DNA of 64,000 nt. Origin: Candidatus Ornithomonoglobus sp. (GTDB lineage Bacteria > Bacillota > Clostridia > UBA1381). Location of the stretch: NCBI GenBank assembly GCA_045649185.1, contig JAZRPM010000008.1, positions 7,856 through 71,855 on the forward strand, in the 5' to 3' direction. Below the pieces are notes generated by a model. The model was not told the origin of the DNA, searched no databases, and was given only the letters and a program-made list of their open reading frames with translations. A program made the translations under genes and the position numbers. Positions 17,797 through 27,601 of this stretch are shown here, piece by piece; position 1 is the first letter of the stretch; each line of letters opens with the position of its first letter.

Positions 17797-18122
17797 TAAG
17801 AAGCAAGCCTATAAGCCGGGTTCTGTCGTGGACAATCATCTATCTGGTCTGTTCGTCACCGAACAGCTCAAGCCTTATGAGGGAAAACGGCGGGCAGCCT
17901 TAACATTCCCAAAGTTGCTCCGGATGGGGTTTACACCGGGACGTAGTTACCCAAATCCCGTGTGAGCTCTTACCTCACATTTCCACACTTACCGAAATTC
18001 GGCGTTTATTTTCTGTTGCACTATCCTTAGAGTCGCCTCCACCTGCCGTTAGCAGGCATCCTGCCCTGTGGAGCCCGGACTTTCCTCATACATTACTGTA
18101 CGCGATTGCCCAGCTTACTTCA
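17797..18122 (-). ncRNA. rnpB: RNase P RNA, bacterial type A
   Basis: The reverse complement contains GAGGAAAGTCCGGGCTCCACAGGGCAGGATGCCTGCTAACGGCAGG, GGTAAGAGCTCACA, GGTGTAAACCCCATCCGGAGCAA, AGATAGATGATTGTC and ACAGAACCCGGCTTATAGG. P1 forms between GAAGTAAGC (5') and GCTTGCTTC (3'). Confidence 0.95.
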
Positions 18123-18165
18123 TATCAGCATTTTACCATAAACAAGACCGTTTATCAAGTATTTC

Positions 18166-19407
18166 TTAAAAAAACGGGATATTTTCAAGTAATTCCGTCA
18201 CAGTTTCTGTGATTCCTGTCCATTCTTCGGGTGATAGTTTTGAAACATCAAGATATTTTCCCGTATTATCAAAGTTAAGCGAGCTTGTTTGAGTTTGTTT
18301 TCTGAGCGAATATTCTCCGCTTACTGCAAAATTATCGCCAAACTTGAATTCCACGTTATCATACGATAGAACATCTTCTGAAATATTCATTCCTGTAGCG
18401 TTTATGCGTATTTTCGTTTTTCCGTTATTAAAAGCAAGCGATGAATCTTCTTCGTTGCGTTTGAGCGAAAGAAGTTTTTTTCCGTTTACCGTTATTACGT
18501 CCGTTGAGGTGTCTTTATCGGTTGTCTTCTTTCTTGAAAGCAGAGCTTTTCCGTTTACGGAATACGTTATGCTGTTAAACTGGTTATCCTCGCCTGAAAA
18601 AGTTACTGTATGCTTATCCTTGCCGACAATACTGATTTCGTAAAGGTTATAGTTTCTGATTTTGAGATATATTGTGTTGTTTTTTGCAAACTCTGTAAGC
18701 ATATTTGCAATATCGGTTTTCGATACAGAATCTTTGGCCTTCGGATAGCTTTCTATAATATCAGTAAGAGTGAGCATATCCGCCTCAGTAAGCTTGATTT
18801 CATAAACATCTGCTTTTTTCGTGTCGTTGCCGACTTTTACCTTATCAGAACCGTTTATCTGTATGTCTGCCTGCATGATAAAGTCAATAAGTTCGGACTT
18901 TTTGGTTTTGAAGAAGTCGGCATCTATGTTGCTTGCTGTTAAAAAGCCATGCAACCCTGACGAATCTGAATCAGAAAGTGTCAGGCTCTCTCCGTAGGGG
19001 ATTCTTAAACCGCCGTCAAATACAGGCAGGTTTATAAGAATATTTGATTTGTCAGCATATAAATCAAGCGAAATCAGGCTGTTGAATTTAAGCTTAGAAA
19101 CGGATGCTGTTGCATTTCCGTTGGTGGTGAGCACTGCTGAGCTTCCCTCAAATAACGGTGATTTTTCAAATGTAAGGTTATATTCGGATTCACCCGATAA
19201 ATTTGTCGCATACTCAACAATATCTTTTTCGTCATCGTTCAAATAATAGTCAAAGGATGTGGCAATATCCTCTTTTGCCTCAATAAGCATCAGTGCTACC
19301 TTAACGTTCGGAGTAACGAATATTTTATAAAGTATAAACAAAACAACGGCAAGCGCTATAAATACCGTACCGATAACAATAAGGATTTTTTTCAGTTTTT
19401 CTGTCAT
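18166..19407 (-). CDS. hypothetical membrane-anchored extracytoplasmic protein (about 413 aa)
   Basis: N-terminal TM (ILIVIGTVFIALAVVLFILY) followed by a large Ser/Thr/Asn-rich domain. I recognise no family. ATG 19407 is preferred over TTG 19416. Confidence 0.6.
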   Translation of the reverse strand: MTEKLKKILIVIGTVFIALAVVLFILYKIFVTPNVKVALMLIEAKEDIATSFDYYLNDDEKDIVEYATNLSGESEYNLTFEKSPLFEGSSAVLTTNGNATASVSKLKFNSLISLDLYADKSNILINLPVFDGGLRIPYGESLTLSDSDSSGLHGFLTASNIDADFFKTKKSELIDFIMQADIQINGSDKVKVGNDTKKADVYEIKLTEADMLTLTDIIESYPKAKDSVSKTDIANMLTEFAKNNTIYLKIRNYNLYEISIVGKDKHTVTFSGEDNQFNSITYSVNGKALLSRKKTTDKDTSTDVITVNGKKLLSLKRNEEDSSLAFNNGKTKIRINATGMNISEDVLSYDNVEFKFGDNFAVSGEYSLRKQTQTSSLNFDNTGKYLDVSKLSPEEWTGITETVTELLENIPFF

Positions 19408-19428
19408 AATTATCAACCTTTCTGACTG

Positions 19429-20265
19429 TTATAAGTAGAGCTGTAGTTCTTTTATGTTTTTGATTATCGGCAAAAACTCACTGAAATCGTCTTTTATTCT
19501 GCGTATGCATCGCATACAAAAATCATGGCGGAGCGATGCGTCCTCACGCATCTGCTGTTTCATACCCCAGATATGGGTGAAGTATCTTTCACCGTCACAA
19601 AACAGCTTTTCAAGAGTTGAAAACTCTTTTGTCCGGATGCCTAGCATATCTGCACACATAGGCAAAAGCCGTTGTTCTGCAAACACCATATACGTGAGAT
19701 TATCGCCGTTATTTGCATATTCCATAAACTTTTCGGCTTCGGCAATATACACATTACGCAGATTTTCGTTTTTCAGTACATAAAATGCAGTATTAAGCGG
19801 TTTTATCCGCCAGTCGAAGTTCGGGTTAAAGACATATCCACGCTTCATTTCAAAATGATAAATGTCGGGATAAACATCCGAATAAAGCTCCTCACTGTGA
19901 ATGGCGGTAAGATCATCCAGATTATCAAACGCAAGTCTGTCCCATACGATAAAGTCAGTATCAAGCATTGCTACGGGTGTTTCGGCAGTTTTTAAAGCAA
20001 AAAGCTTGCCTGCTGCCCAGAACATACCCGCGTCAACATAATCGGGGATATTGTCAAGGTCGGTTGTTACGCCATCCCACAGCCCGAGCAGATTGCGGGA
20101 TTTATAGAACTCAAACCCTACGCTGTCGGTAACCATTGTTATTGTACCGTTCTTTTCACGCCATTTTAGCGCAGAAAGAATGGTGGTCAGTATTTCAAAA
20201 TCGTCCAAACTGAAAGTTCCGTTATGAAGGCTTGGTTTTGTCCATGTAGAATGAATTGCGTGCAT
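19429..20265 (-). CDS. conserved hypothetical protein (278 aa), possible nucleotide-sugar transferase-like fold
   Basis: Starts MHAIHSTWTKP and contains a DxD-like LDTDFIVW. It has no TM or signal peptide. RBS GAGG precedes the ATG. The functional assignment is inference only. Confidence 0.6.
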   Translation of the reverse strand: MHAIHSTWTKPSLHNGTFSLDDFEILTTILSALKWREKNGTITMVTDSVGFEFYKSRNLLGLWDGVTTDLDNIPDYVDAGMFWAAGKLFALKTAETPVAMLDTDFIVWDRLAFDNLDDLTAIHSEELYSDVYPDIYHFEMKRGYVFNPNFDWRIKPLNTAFYVLKNENLRNVYIAEAEKFMEYANNGDNLTYMVFAEQRLLPMCADMLGIRTKEFSTLEKLFCDGERYFTHIWGMKQQMREDASLRHDFCMRCIRRIKDDFSEFLPIIKNIKELQLYL

Positions 20266-20268
20266 AAA

Positions 20269-20958
20269 TTAACCTCTGAATCTTTCTTTATCTGATACCG
20301 TTTTCACAGAAAGTGTTACACCGTCGCCCTGCGAAAGTATTGATGTTTCAAGCTGGGGATGTGCCATAAGTGCATCAATATAGTTACGCAGTCTGTGAAT
20401 TATAGTCACCTTACGGCGTGCAAAATGCCCGTCATCTGCAGTCATTCCCTTAAAAAGGATGTTATCCGATACAAGCAGTCCGCCTTTTTTTAAAAGCCGT
20501 ACCGCATCATCGAGCATAAAAAGATAGTGTGCCTTCGGCCCGTCAAGAAAAATCATATCAAAGCTCTCGTCATCGTCAAGGTACGAAAGATAATCCTTTG
20601 CGTCTGCCTCAACGACTGATATTGTATCCGAAAGTCCTGCACGCTCTACATTTTTGCGTGCTATTTTAACTGTTTCGGTGTCATATTCAAGTGTTATAAT
20701 TTCCCCGTCAGGCGCAAGGCCTTCTGACATTATAATAGCACTGTAGCCGATAGCCGAACCCACTTCGAGTATCTTTTTCGGCCGTACGAGCTTTGTAAGA
20801 ACAGAAACGAGCCGGGCAGTTTCCGGCTCGGCTATAGGTACCTTGTTCTCTTTTGCATATTCCTCAAGTTCAAGGAGCAGTTTGTTTTCGTGCGTTGTTT
20901 TTTCACGGATGTAATCGGTTACATACGGAGTAACAATCGCTGATAAATCATAGTCCAT
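20269..20958 (-). CDS. class I SAM-dependent O-methyltransferase (YrrM / caffeoyl-CoA OMT-like)
   Basis: ILEVGSAIGYSAI SAM motif I and FDMIFLDGPK. Sits next to mltG, as yrrM-yrrL do in Bacillus. Confidence 0.85.
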   Translation of the reverse strand: MDYDLSAIVTPYVTDYIREKTTHENKLLLELEEYAKENKVPIAEPETARLVSVLTKLVRPKKILEVGSAIGYSAIIMSEGLAPDGEIITLEYDTETVKIARKNVERAGLSDTISVVEADAKDYLSYLDDDESFDMIFLDGPKAHYLFMLDDAVRLLKKGGLLVSDNILFKGMTADDGHFARRKVTIIHRLRNYIDALMAHPQLETSILSQGDGVTLSVKTVSDKERFRG

Positions 20959-21976
20959 TAGCTTCCATCGCTTTCAGGTGTTCTTCGTAGGTCTCGGAGA
21001 AAATATGCTCGCCGTCAGTACCGAGCAGGAAATAGAACGCATCGGTCTTTTCGGGCCATAGTGCTGCTTTTATGCAATCTTCACCCGGGCTTGCAATAGG
21101 TCCTACGGGCAGACCTGTATTTTTATAAGTGTTATAAGGCGAATCAATCTTTGTGTCAGATTCTGACAGAACGGGTTTATTCTCGCCTAATATATACTGA
21201 ACAGTAGCACACGACTGCAGTGGCATATTTTCGTTTATTCTGTTATAGAACACGCCTGCAACTTTTGCACGTTCACCCTCTGCATTCGTTTCACGCTCAA
21301 CAATTGACGCCATCGTTATGACCTCGTCAACCGATACATTTACTTCTTCTGCACGCTTGTAGTATTCATCGGTAAACACTTCATCAAAGCGTTTAAGCAT
21401 CGAATCCACAATTTCCTGTGCTGATACGCCCGGGAAAAACTCATAAGTTGCAGGGAAAAGATAACCCTCAAGTCTGTTCTCTCTTTCAGGAATATCTTTC
21501 AGGAATCTGTAATCGTAAAGCGACGCATCAAGCACCGCATAAAACTCATCAGCAGTACATAGTCCGGACGATGCTACCGTTTCTGCAATCTGTTTAATTG
21601 TATAACCCTCGGGAATGACCAGTTTTACAGTGTTTCTGTCTGAAGTAAGCAGTTCGAGGATTGAGATGTAACTCATTCCGCTATGTAAAGTAATCGGACC
21701 GGGCTTATACTGACCGTCAAAATTTCCGACTTTAGAGCAGAGCTTGAAAACGGTCGGATGCTTAATAGCGCCGTTTTCGTACAGTAACTCCGACACGACC
21801 GATGCACCTGCACCGTCGGGAATCTCAACAGTTAAGTTTTCGGCAATTTCAATATCTTTTACGTCCTTTATAACCGTTGTGCCGGTCACAACAAATCCAA
21901 GAACAGTTATAAAGAGCAGGGTCAGAAACAGTTTCCATATACTGAAATGCGATTTTTTTTCGGTTAAAGCCATCAA
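20948..21976 (-). CDS. mltG: endolytic murein transglycosylase MltG (YceG family)
   Basis: N-terminal TM and the YceG core (IPEGYT, MASIVERE catalytic Glu region, VFYNRI, LQSCATVQY, SPYNTYK..GLPVGPI..PG). Confidence 0.92.
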   Translation of the reverse strand: MMALTEKKSHFSIWKLFLTLLFITVLGFVVTGTTVIKDVKDIEIAENLTVEIPDGAGASVVSELLYENGAIKHPTVFKLCSKVGNFDGQYKPGPITLHSGMSYISILELLTSDRNTVKLVIPEGYTIKQIAETVASSGLCTADEFYAVLDASLYDYRFLKDIPERENRLEGYLFPATYEFFPGVSAQEIVDSMLKRFDEVFTDEYYKRAEEVNVSVDEVITMASIVERETNAEGERAKVAGVFYNRINENMPLQSCATVQYILGENKPVLSESDTKIDSPYNTYKNTGLPVGPIASPGEDCIKAALWPEKTDAFYFLLGTDGEHIFSETYEEHLKAMEANGL

Positions 21977-23133
21977 ATCTCCCCTTTTACCAATTCTCCG
22001 TTTATGAATGTCATTTTACACTTGGAATTAAAACTCACAGGCGATGCGGTAAACACTGCAATATCTGCATCCTTACCAACCTCAAGCGAGCCGACACAAT
22101 TGTCAATTCCGCAGTTCTTTGCGGCAGTGAGTGTGATTGCCGAGAGTGCCTTATCCTCGTCCATACCGTTTGATACGGCAAGTGCAGCACAAAGCGGCAG
22201 GTTTTCGATTGTGATTTCGGGGTGGTCGGTTATGATTGAAACCTGAAGTCCCATATCCGACAGCTTCTTATAAGTAGCAAACGAGAGGTTTTTAAGCTCC
22301 GGCTTGCTTCTGTCGGTAAGTGTCGGGCCAAGGTTTACCGCCACATTTTCTCTTTTAAGTATCTGAGCGACAATATCGCCGTCGGAGCAGTGCTCGATTG
22401 AATAAAGAAGGTCAAACTCCTTTGCAATGCGTATTGCCGAGCAGATATCATCAGCACGGTGTGCGTGGAACTTAACCGGAATCTCTTTGTTTATTACCGG
22501 CAACAGTGCCTCAAGCTTCATATCAAACTCGGGTTTGTCGTTTTCTTCGGTATCCTCATTATATTCTTCCCAGTCGTCACGGTAGTTAACCGCTTTAAAC
22601 AGTGCATCACGGATAACCGAAACCGTACCCATACGTGTCATCGGTGCCTGGTTCTTGTCGTTATATACTGTTTTTGGATTTTCACCAAGTGCCATTTTCA
22701 TTGCACACGGTGCTTTTATCACCATATCGTCAACGCAAACACCGTAGGTCTTAATTGCGGCAAACTGACCGCCTATCGGGTTAGCACTTCCGGGACCTGT
22801 CACAACCGTTGTCACGCCTGCGGAAACCGCCTCCGAAAATGCTCTGTCCTGCGGATTTATTCCGTCAATTGCACGTAACTGCGGTGTTATAGGGTCGCTG
22901 TCCTCGTTAGCATCTGCACCCTCAAATCCGAGCGAGTCGCCGAAAAGTCCCACGTGGCAGTGCGAGTCGATAAGGCCCGGTGTTACTGTAAGACCTGTCG
23001 CATCAATAACTTCATCGGCATTACCGTTGTATTCTGTTCCGACATAACGGATTTTATCATCAAACGCAATCTGTCCGTTTTCTATAATCTCACCCGTACC
23101 TGTGAAGATACGTGCATTTCTGATTAGCTTCAT
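21973..23133 (-). CDS. metal-dependent amidohydrolase family protein
   Basis: GLIDSHCHVG metal-binding HxH motif and the C-terminal GSLEVGKDADI motif. ATG 23133 follows GAGGTAAAA, just after the trxB stop. Confidence 0.85.
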   Translation of the reverse strand: MKLIRNARIFTGTGEIIENGQIAFDDKIRYVGTEYNGNADEVIDATGLTVTPGLIDSHCHVGLFGDSLGFEGADANEDSDPITPQLRAIDGINPQDRAFSEAVSAGVTTVVTGPGSANPIGGQFAAIKTYGVCVDDMVIKAPCAMKMALGENPKTVYNDKNQAPMTRMGTVSVIRDALFKAVNYRDDWEEYNEDTEENDKPEFDMKLEALLPVINKEIPVKFHAHRADDICSAIRIAKEFDLLYSIEHCSDGDIVAQILKRENVAVNLGPTLTDRSKPELKNLSFATYKKLSDMGLQVSIITDHPEITIENLPLCAALAVSNGMDEDKALSAITLTAAKNCGIDNCVGSLEVGKDADIAVFTASPVSFNSKCKMTFINGELVKGEI

Positions 23134-23137
23134 AGTT

Positions 23138-24055
23138 TTACCTCGAAAGAATATAGTTGATAGCACTGGTTGCTGCTATTGCACCGTCTGCGGCGGCTGT
23201 CACAACCTGACGTAGCGGTGAAACTCTGCAGTCACCTGCGGCATATACGCCCTTGATATTTGTTGCAAGATACATATCGGTCTTCACAAAACCACGCTCG
23301 CAAAGCTCAACACCATATTTTTTTGCAATCGTGTTCTCGGGTTCGATGCCTATTGCGATAATAACGCCTGATGCGTTAATGAAGCCTCTCTCGCCCGTTT
23401 CGGTGTTCTTTGCCAGAACCTGCTCAAGTCTGCCGTTTCCGGCAAAGCCTTCTGCAATCATATCTGTATATACTGTTATTTTCGGCTCGGCTTTCACTTT
23501 GTCAAACAAAGTTTTTGACGCCTTGAAATTCTTTGAACGGTTCATTATAAACACGTGCTCGCAGAACCGTGCAAGGTAGAGTGCATCTTCCATTGCAGTG
23601 TTACCGCCACCGATTACAACCGTGTCAAGTCCTTTAAAGAACGCACCGTCACACGTTGCACAGTAGCTCACGCCTGCACCTGCAAGCTCCGCCTCACCCG
23701 GCACACCGAGTTTTCGGGGTGTCGCACCTGTTGCGAGGATAATTGTGCGTGTTTCATATGTTCCCTTTCGGGTTTTTACTGTTTTAATATCGCCGTCGAT
23801 GTTTTCAATTTCACGCACCGCCTCTGTACGTATTTCTACGCCTAGCTTCTGTGCATGGTTTAAAAACTCCTGCATAAGCTCCGGCCCCGACGGTGAGTTG
23901 CCAAAACCGGGATAGTTATCAATCTCGTATGTCTTTGATGCCTGACCGCCCGTTGCGATTTTTTCAAGCACGAGCGTTTTCATACCTCCACGCATTGCGT
24001 AGATTGCCGCACTCATACCTGCTGCACCGCCGCCGATTATAATTATGTCGTACAT
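23138..24055 (-). CDS. trxB: thioredoxin-disulfide reductase
   Basis: GGGAAGMSAA FAD motif, the redox-active CATCDG, the GGGNTAMEDA NADPH motif, and the C-terminal GVYAAGD. Confidence 0.95.
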   Translation of the reverse strand: MYDIIIIGGGAAGMSAAIYAMRGGMKTLVLEKIATGGQASKTYEIDNYPGFGNSPSGPELMQEFLNHAQKLGVEIRTEAVREIENIDGDIKTVKTRKGTYETRTIILATGATPRKLGVPGEAELAGAGVSYCATCDGAFFKGLDTVVIGGGNTAMEDALYLARFCEHVFIMNRSKNFKASKTLFDKVKAEPKITVYTDMIAEGFAGNGRLEQVLAKNTETGERGFINASGVIIAIGIEPENTIAKKYGVELCERGFVKTDMYLATNIKGVYAAGDCRVSPLRQVVTAAADGAIAATSAINYILSR

Positions 24056-24112
24056 ATTAACTCCTCCTTTATAGGAAAACAGGGTACCGAAAACACGATA
24101 CCCGAAAAATCA

Positions 24113-25048
24113 TCAATTCTCGTAAGCCGTCATGAACTGCTTTTCGAGTTCAGAAATATTGTCAGTAGCTGTCATTTCGTGTCCGTCAGAGGACATATTC
24201 TGCTTGTACTGCTCATGGTCCTTTTCTGCATCGGGAATAGTCTTTATCCCCTGTTCTGCCCAACGCTTTAAGATGGTGTTGATATACGGGAACGAAAGCT
24301 TGCTTGTTGCCATAATGCAGTATTCGTAAGCAAGTCCGACCATATCAGCACTCATACCAAGCTCGTCACGCCACGATTTGAGATACAGATTTTCTGTTTT
24401 TGACAGATTTCTGTCAGTGATGCCGAAAAGACTACGCAAGGACGAAATAAATTCGTCGCTTTTTGTCGCGCCCATTATGTAGGCTTGTGCCTCGTCCATT
24501 GTTGTGATGTTGTTTTCGTGCCACGTAATAGCCACTTTTTCGATATATTTCATATTACGCTTGTTCATTGAAACGCAGTACTCTAAAAGCATCGTGATAA
24601 CCTCGGGCGAAAAACCAAGCTGGTCATAGAACCAGTACAGAGTTTCAAGGTCGTTATTGCCCAGTGTTTTGCCGAGTATCTCCTGTGCAATTGCACACAA
24701 ATCAGAAAGTGCCGAGTTGCCCTCAATAATCTGCGAAACCTCGTCAACTGATTTCTTTGTCGATTCGGGTGAAATCTCCTCGTCCACAGACCTCTTTATA
24801 ATTATTGTATCGCCCGTGCCCGAGAATATACCTTTTTCGTTCCAGTATTTAATAGCATTAACAACGTCCGACTCAATAAGTCCGAGTTTTTTTGCAATCT
24901 CGTTTGTGTCGGCACTCTTGCCTGTAGATGCAAGAAGCATTATGTAGAGATACACCATCACGTATGATGCATTTGCCGACGGCATTATATGTTCAATAAA
25001 ATCCTTTGGAATCGGAACAAAATCCATATTTAATTTAAAGCTTGGCAT
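24113..25048 (-). CDS. DnaD domain-containing protein (replication initiation / primosome-associated family)
   Basis: N-terminal winged-helix-like region plus two DnaB_2/DnaD C-terminal-type repeats (MKYIEKVAITWHENNITT and FPYINTILKRWAEQGIKT). ATG 25048 follows AAGGAG. Confidence 0.75.
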   Translation of the reverse strand: MPSFKLNMDFVPIPKDFIEHIMPSANASYVMVYLYIMLLASTGKSADTNEIAKKLGLIESDVVNAIKYWNEKGIFSGTGDTIIIKRSVDEEISPESTKKSVDEVSQIIEGNSALSDLCAIAQEILGKTLGNNDLETLYWFYDQLGFSPEVITMLLEYCVSMNKRNMKYIEKVAITWHENNITTMDEAQAYIMGATKSDEFISSLRSLFGITDRNLSKTENLYLKSWRDELGMSADMVGLAYEYCIMATSKLSFPYINTILKRWAEQGIKTIPDAEKDHEQYKQNMSSDGHEMTATDNISELEKQFMTAYEN

Positions 25049-25112
25049 AATACCACTCCTTGTCTGCATAGATAACTACATTCTATCACAAAAATTAAGA
25101 TGTGTCAACTAT

Positions 25113-25140
25113 AAAAGGCAAGGTCGCCGCCTTGCCATTT
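25113..25140 (-). terminator. intrinsic terminator after the TIM-barrel gene
   Basis: On the minus strand, GGCAAGG-CGGCGA-CCTTGCC followed by TTTTAT. Confidence 0.6.
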
Positions 25141-25142
25141 TA

Positions 25143-26045
25143 TCACTTTATCTTCCCCGTCATATACCGTCCGACTTTCTGCATATATTGTAACGCTTCA
25201 TCAATCAGGTCATCGGGATAGTTTTTAAAGAAACTATCCGCCTCAAACGTGAAATCACCGTCATAGTCAATGTCTTTTAGTGCTTTTAATATCGAATCCC
25301 AGTCGGTTTTCATTGAATACGGCAAAGTATGGGAATCCTCAAAGCAGTTGCAGTCATGCACGTGCAATGCCTTAAGCTGATTTCTGCCAAGACGGCGTAT
25401 TGCGTCCTGTGGCTTTTCGCCGCAGATGAGGCAATGACCTATATCAATACACCCAACAATCCATTCACTGTCAAGTGCTGATATAAAGCTTGTATGCTCC
25501 TCGGAATTGCCCAAGAATGCAGGTATCAAAGTATCGTGATGCATCGGGTGGCGTTCCCACATATTCTCAACTGCAATTTTTATATTGTACTTCTTACAGT
25601 AAGGAATAAGCTTGTTAAAGAACTCAATATTTGCATCATAAAGCTCTTGTCGGCTTTTAAAAAGCTCATAGCCGTACTCTTTTACGTGCGATGATGTTGA
25701 GTTTTTAATCGGGTGGAAAATAATATGCTTTGCACCCAGTACCGACGCACATTCCATACTGCGTATTATTAAATCGAATGTCATTTTGTTGTATTCATCA
25801 TTTCCGTTAAGGTACACAGGAAATGGTGCGTGTGCCTGATTACAGGATATACCGCAATCATCGGCAACACCTTTCAGGTATTTCACATACTCTGCATAGT
25901 TATCGTGTGCCAGTGGTGTGTCCTCGACGTGGATTTTGCTCATATCTGTATCATAGGCATCAAATCCGGCCTTGGCTATTAGCTTAACAGCACCATCAAA
26001 GCCGAATCTTCTTTCGAGAACTCCTGTCGTTGTTGATAATATCAT
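25143..26045 (-). CDS. sugar phosphate isomerase/epimerase (xylose isomerase-like TIM barrel)
   Basis: AKAGFDAYD, IIFHP, IAVENM, IDIGH and HVHD metal/TIM-barrel signatures. ATG 26045 overlaps the upstream stop. Confidence 0.8.
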   Translation of the reverse strand: MILSTTTGVLERRFGFDGAVKLIAKAGFDAYDTDMSKIHVEDTPLAHDNYAEYVKYLKGVADDCGISCNQAHAPFPVYLNGNDEYNKMTFDLIIRSMECASVLGAKHIIFHPIKNSTSSHVKEYGYELFKSRQELYDANIEFFNKLIPYCKKYNIKIAVENMWERHPMHHDTLIPAFLGNSEEHTSFISALDSEWIVGCIDIGHCLICGEKPQDAIRRLGRNQLKALHVHDCNCFEDSHTLPYSMKTDWDSILKALKDIDYDGDFTFEADSFFKNYPDDLIDEALQYMQKVGRYMTGKIK

Positions 26046-27355
26046 ATCATATCCTCCGTCATTTCCTCTAAAATTCCCAAATCCCAGCACATTGACGATA
26101 ACACGTATTTATCACGTATATCTTTTGTTGCCATAAAGGTCATGGGCAGAGTTTTTTCATCAAGCCCGATTTCCTCTGATGTTGTCGGCAATCCTGTTTT
26201 TGCGAACAGTTCTTCAATTTCGGCTGATGTCGGGATTTCTTCGTTTATAATCTGCAGAATGTTTTCAAAATTTTCAATAACACATCCGAGCCGTTTTTCA
26301 TGCTTTTCGGAATCATATTTCTGCTCCTTTTCTTCAAGTGCAATCATACTTTCCGCACTTGTGCCGAGGAATTTGCGAAGCTCGTCACTCCAATTGCCGT
26401 AGTTAAAGTTTTTGACATAGTCAAGTGCTTTTTTCTTATCGGGTGTTATGTTTTTAAATTTTTCATACAGCTTTACCGCTATTATTGTGCCGAGTGCACA
26501 CTGCAGTCCGTGAAGCTCAACAGGAGTACCGAGCGATGCTCCTCTCATATCCCAGATGTGCGATATATAATGTTCCACTCCCGATGCGGGGCGTGAAAGC
26601 CCTGCATATGCCATTGCCATACCGCCGATAATAAGCCCTTCAAACACTGCTTCAACTGCCGTATCTTCCCTTTTCAGCAAGCCGTCGGCATTATCGACAC
26701 ATTTTTTGAGTGCTGTTCGCACCAAATCCGCAACCGTTTCGCAGTAATATTCACCCGTAACAAGATGCGAAATCCGCCATTCGGCGATACTTATGTATTT
26801 TGCGACCATATCGCCAATTCCTGCTTTAAGCATCTTTTCGGGTGCATTTTTTAAAATATCGGTATCGCCGATTATTACATCTGCACACCGTGACGGTAAC
26901 GAAACCTTTAGTCCGTCCATTGTCATTGACGAGGTTGCCGAGGCATATCCGTCCATAGACGGTGCTGTTGCAATTATGATATACGAACTGTTTACCGTAT
27001 TGCTTAAAATCTTGCCGATGTCATTTATCACACCCGAACCTACGGAAACAACCACATCGCAGGTCTTGTCGTAGTGCATAACGGCAGAGCCAACCGCTTT
27101 TTCGTCGGGTTTAAGTGCCGTATCGGGAAAAACGAATTGTGAATATGCAATGTTGTTTTCCGATAGAATGTTTGCAACCGACTCCCCTGCCGATGAGTAT
27201 GTATTGCAGTCTGCAAGCAGGAACGCTTTTGTTGCGCCCATACTATTCAACACATCGGGCAGTTTGTTTATTGCACCGTTGCCTGTTATTATATTTTTTA
27301 CATCCGAACGGTGTGTTTTTCCGCACGGACAGTTTATCAAATTATTTATATCCAT
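26042..27355 (-). CDS. iron-containing alcohol dehydrogenase superfamily protein, sn-glycerol-1-phosphate dehydrogenase (AraM/EgsA)-like
   Basis: Fe-ADH fold motifs (VVSVGSGVINDIGK, GDMVAKY, SGVEHYISH) and a C-terminal extension. The subfamily call comes from recalled similarity, not a search. Confidence 0.65.
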   Translation of the reverse strand: MDINNLINCPCGKTHRSDVKNIITGNGAINKLPDVLNSMGATKAFLLADCNTYSSAGESVANILSENNIAYSQFVFPDTALKPDEKAVGSAVMHYDKTCDVVVSVGSGVINDIGKILSNTVNSSYIIIATAPSMDGYASATSSMTMDGLKVSLPSRCADVIIGDTDILKNAPEKMLKAGIGDMVAKYISIAEWRISHLVTGEYYCETVADLVRTALKKCVDNADGLLKREDTAVEAVFEGLIIGGMAMAYAGLSRPASGVEHYISHIWDMRGASLGTPVELHGLQCALGTIIAVKLYEKFKNITPDKKKALDYVKNFNYGNWSDELRKFLGTSAESMIALEEKEQKYDSEKHEKRLGCVIENFENILQIINEEIPTSAEIEELFAKTGLPTTSEEIGLDEKTLPMTFMATKDIRDKYVLSSMCWDLGILEEMTEDMI

Positions 27356-27420
27356 ATCTATCATCTCCTGTTGTTAAGTATAGCAAAACAAAAGAAAATA
27401 GTCAATATTTGAAAACTATC

Positions 27421-27450
27421 TTGACAAAATGTGCATAAAATGATTATAAT
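27421..27450 (+). promoter_or_regulatory. sigmaA-type promoter for the DeoR-family gene
   Basis: TTGACA (27421-26), then 17-18 nt, then TTATAAT. Confidence 0.5.
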
Positions 27451-27601
27451 AATGATTAAGTCTGAATAAATCACTCACATATCGCTCATACGCTCGCTCG
27501 CATAGACCACTATAGCCACGCTTGCGTATAAGCAATCTTTGAGCAATTTATTCAAAATTATAGTTGTTTACCTTTGGGTACAGAAAGGAAAGGTTAAAAA
27601 T

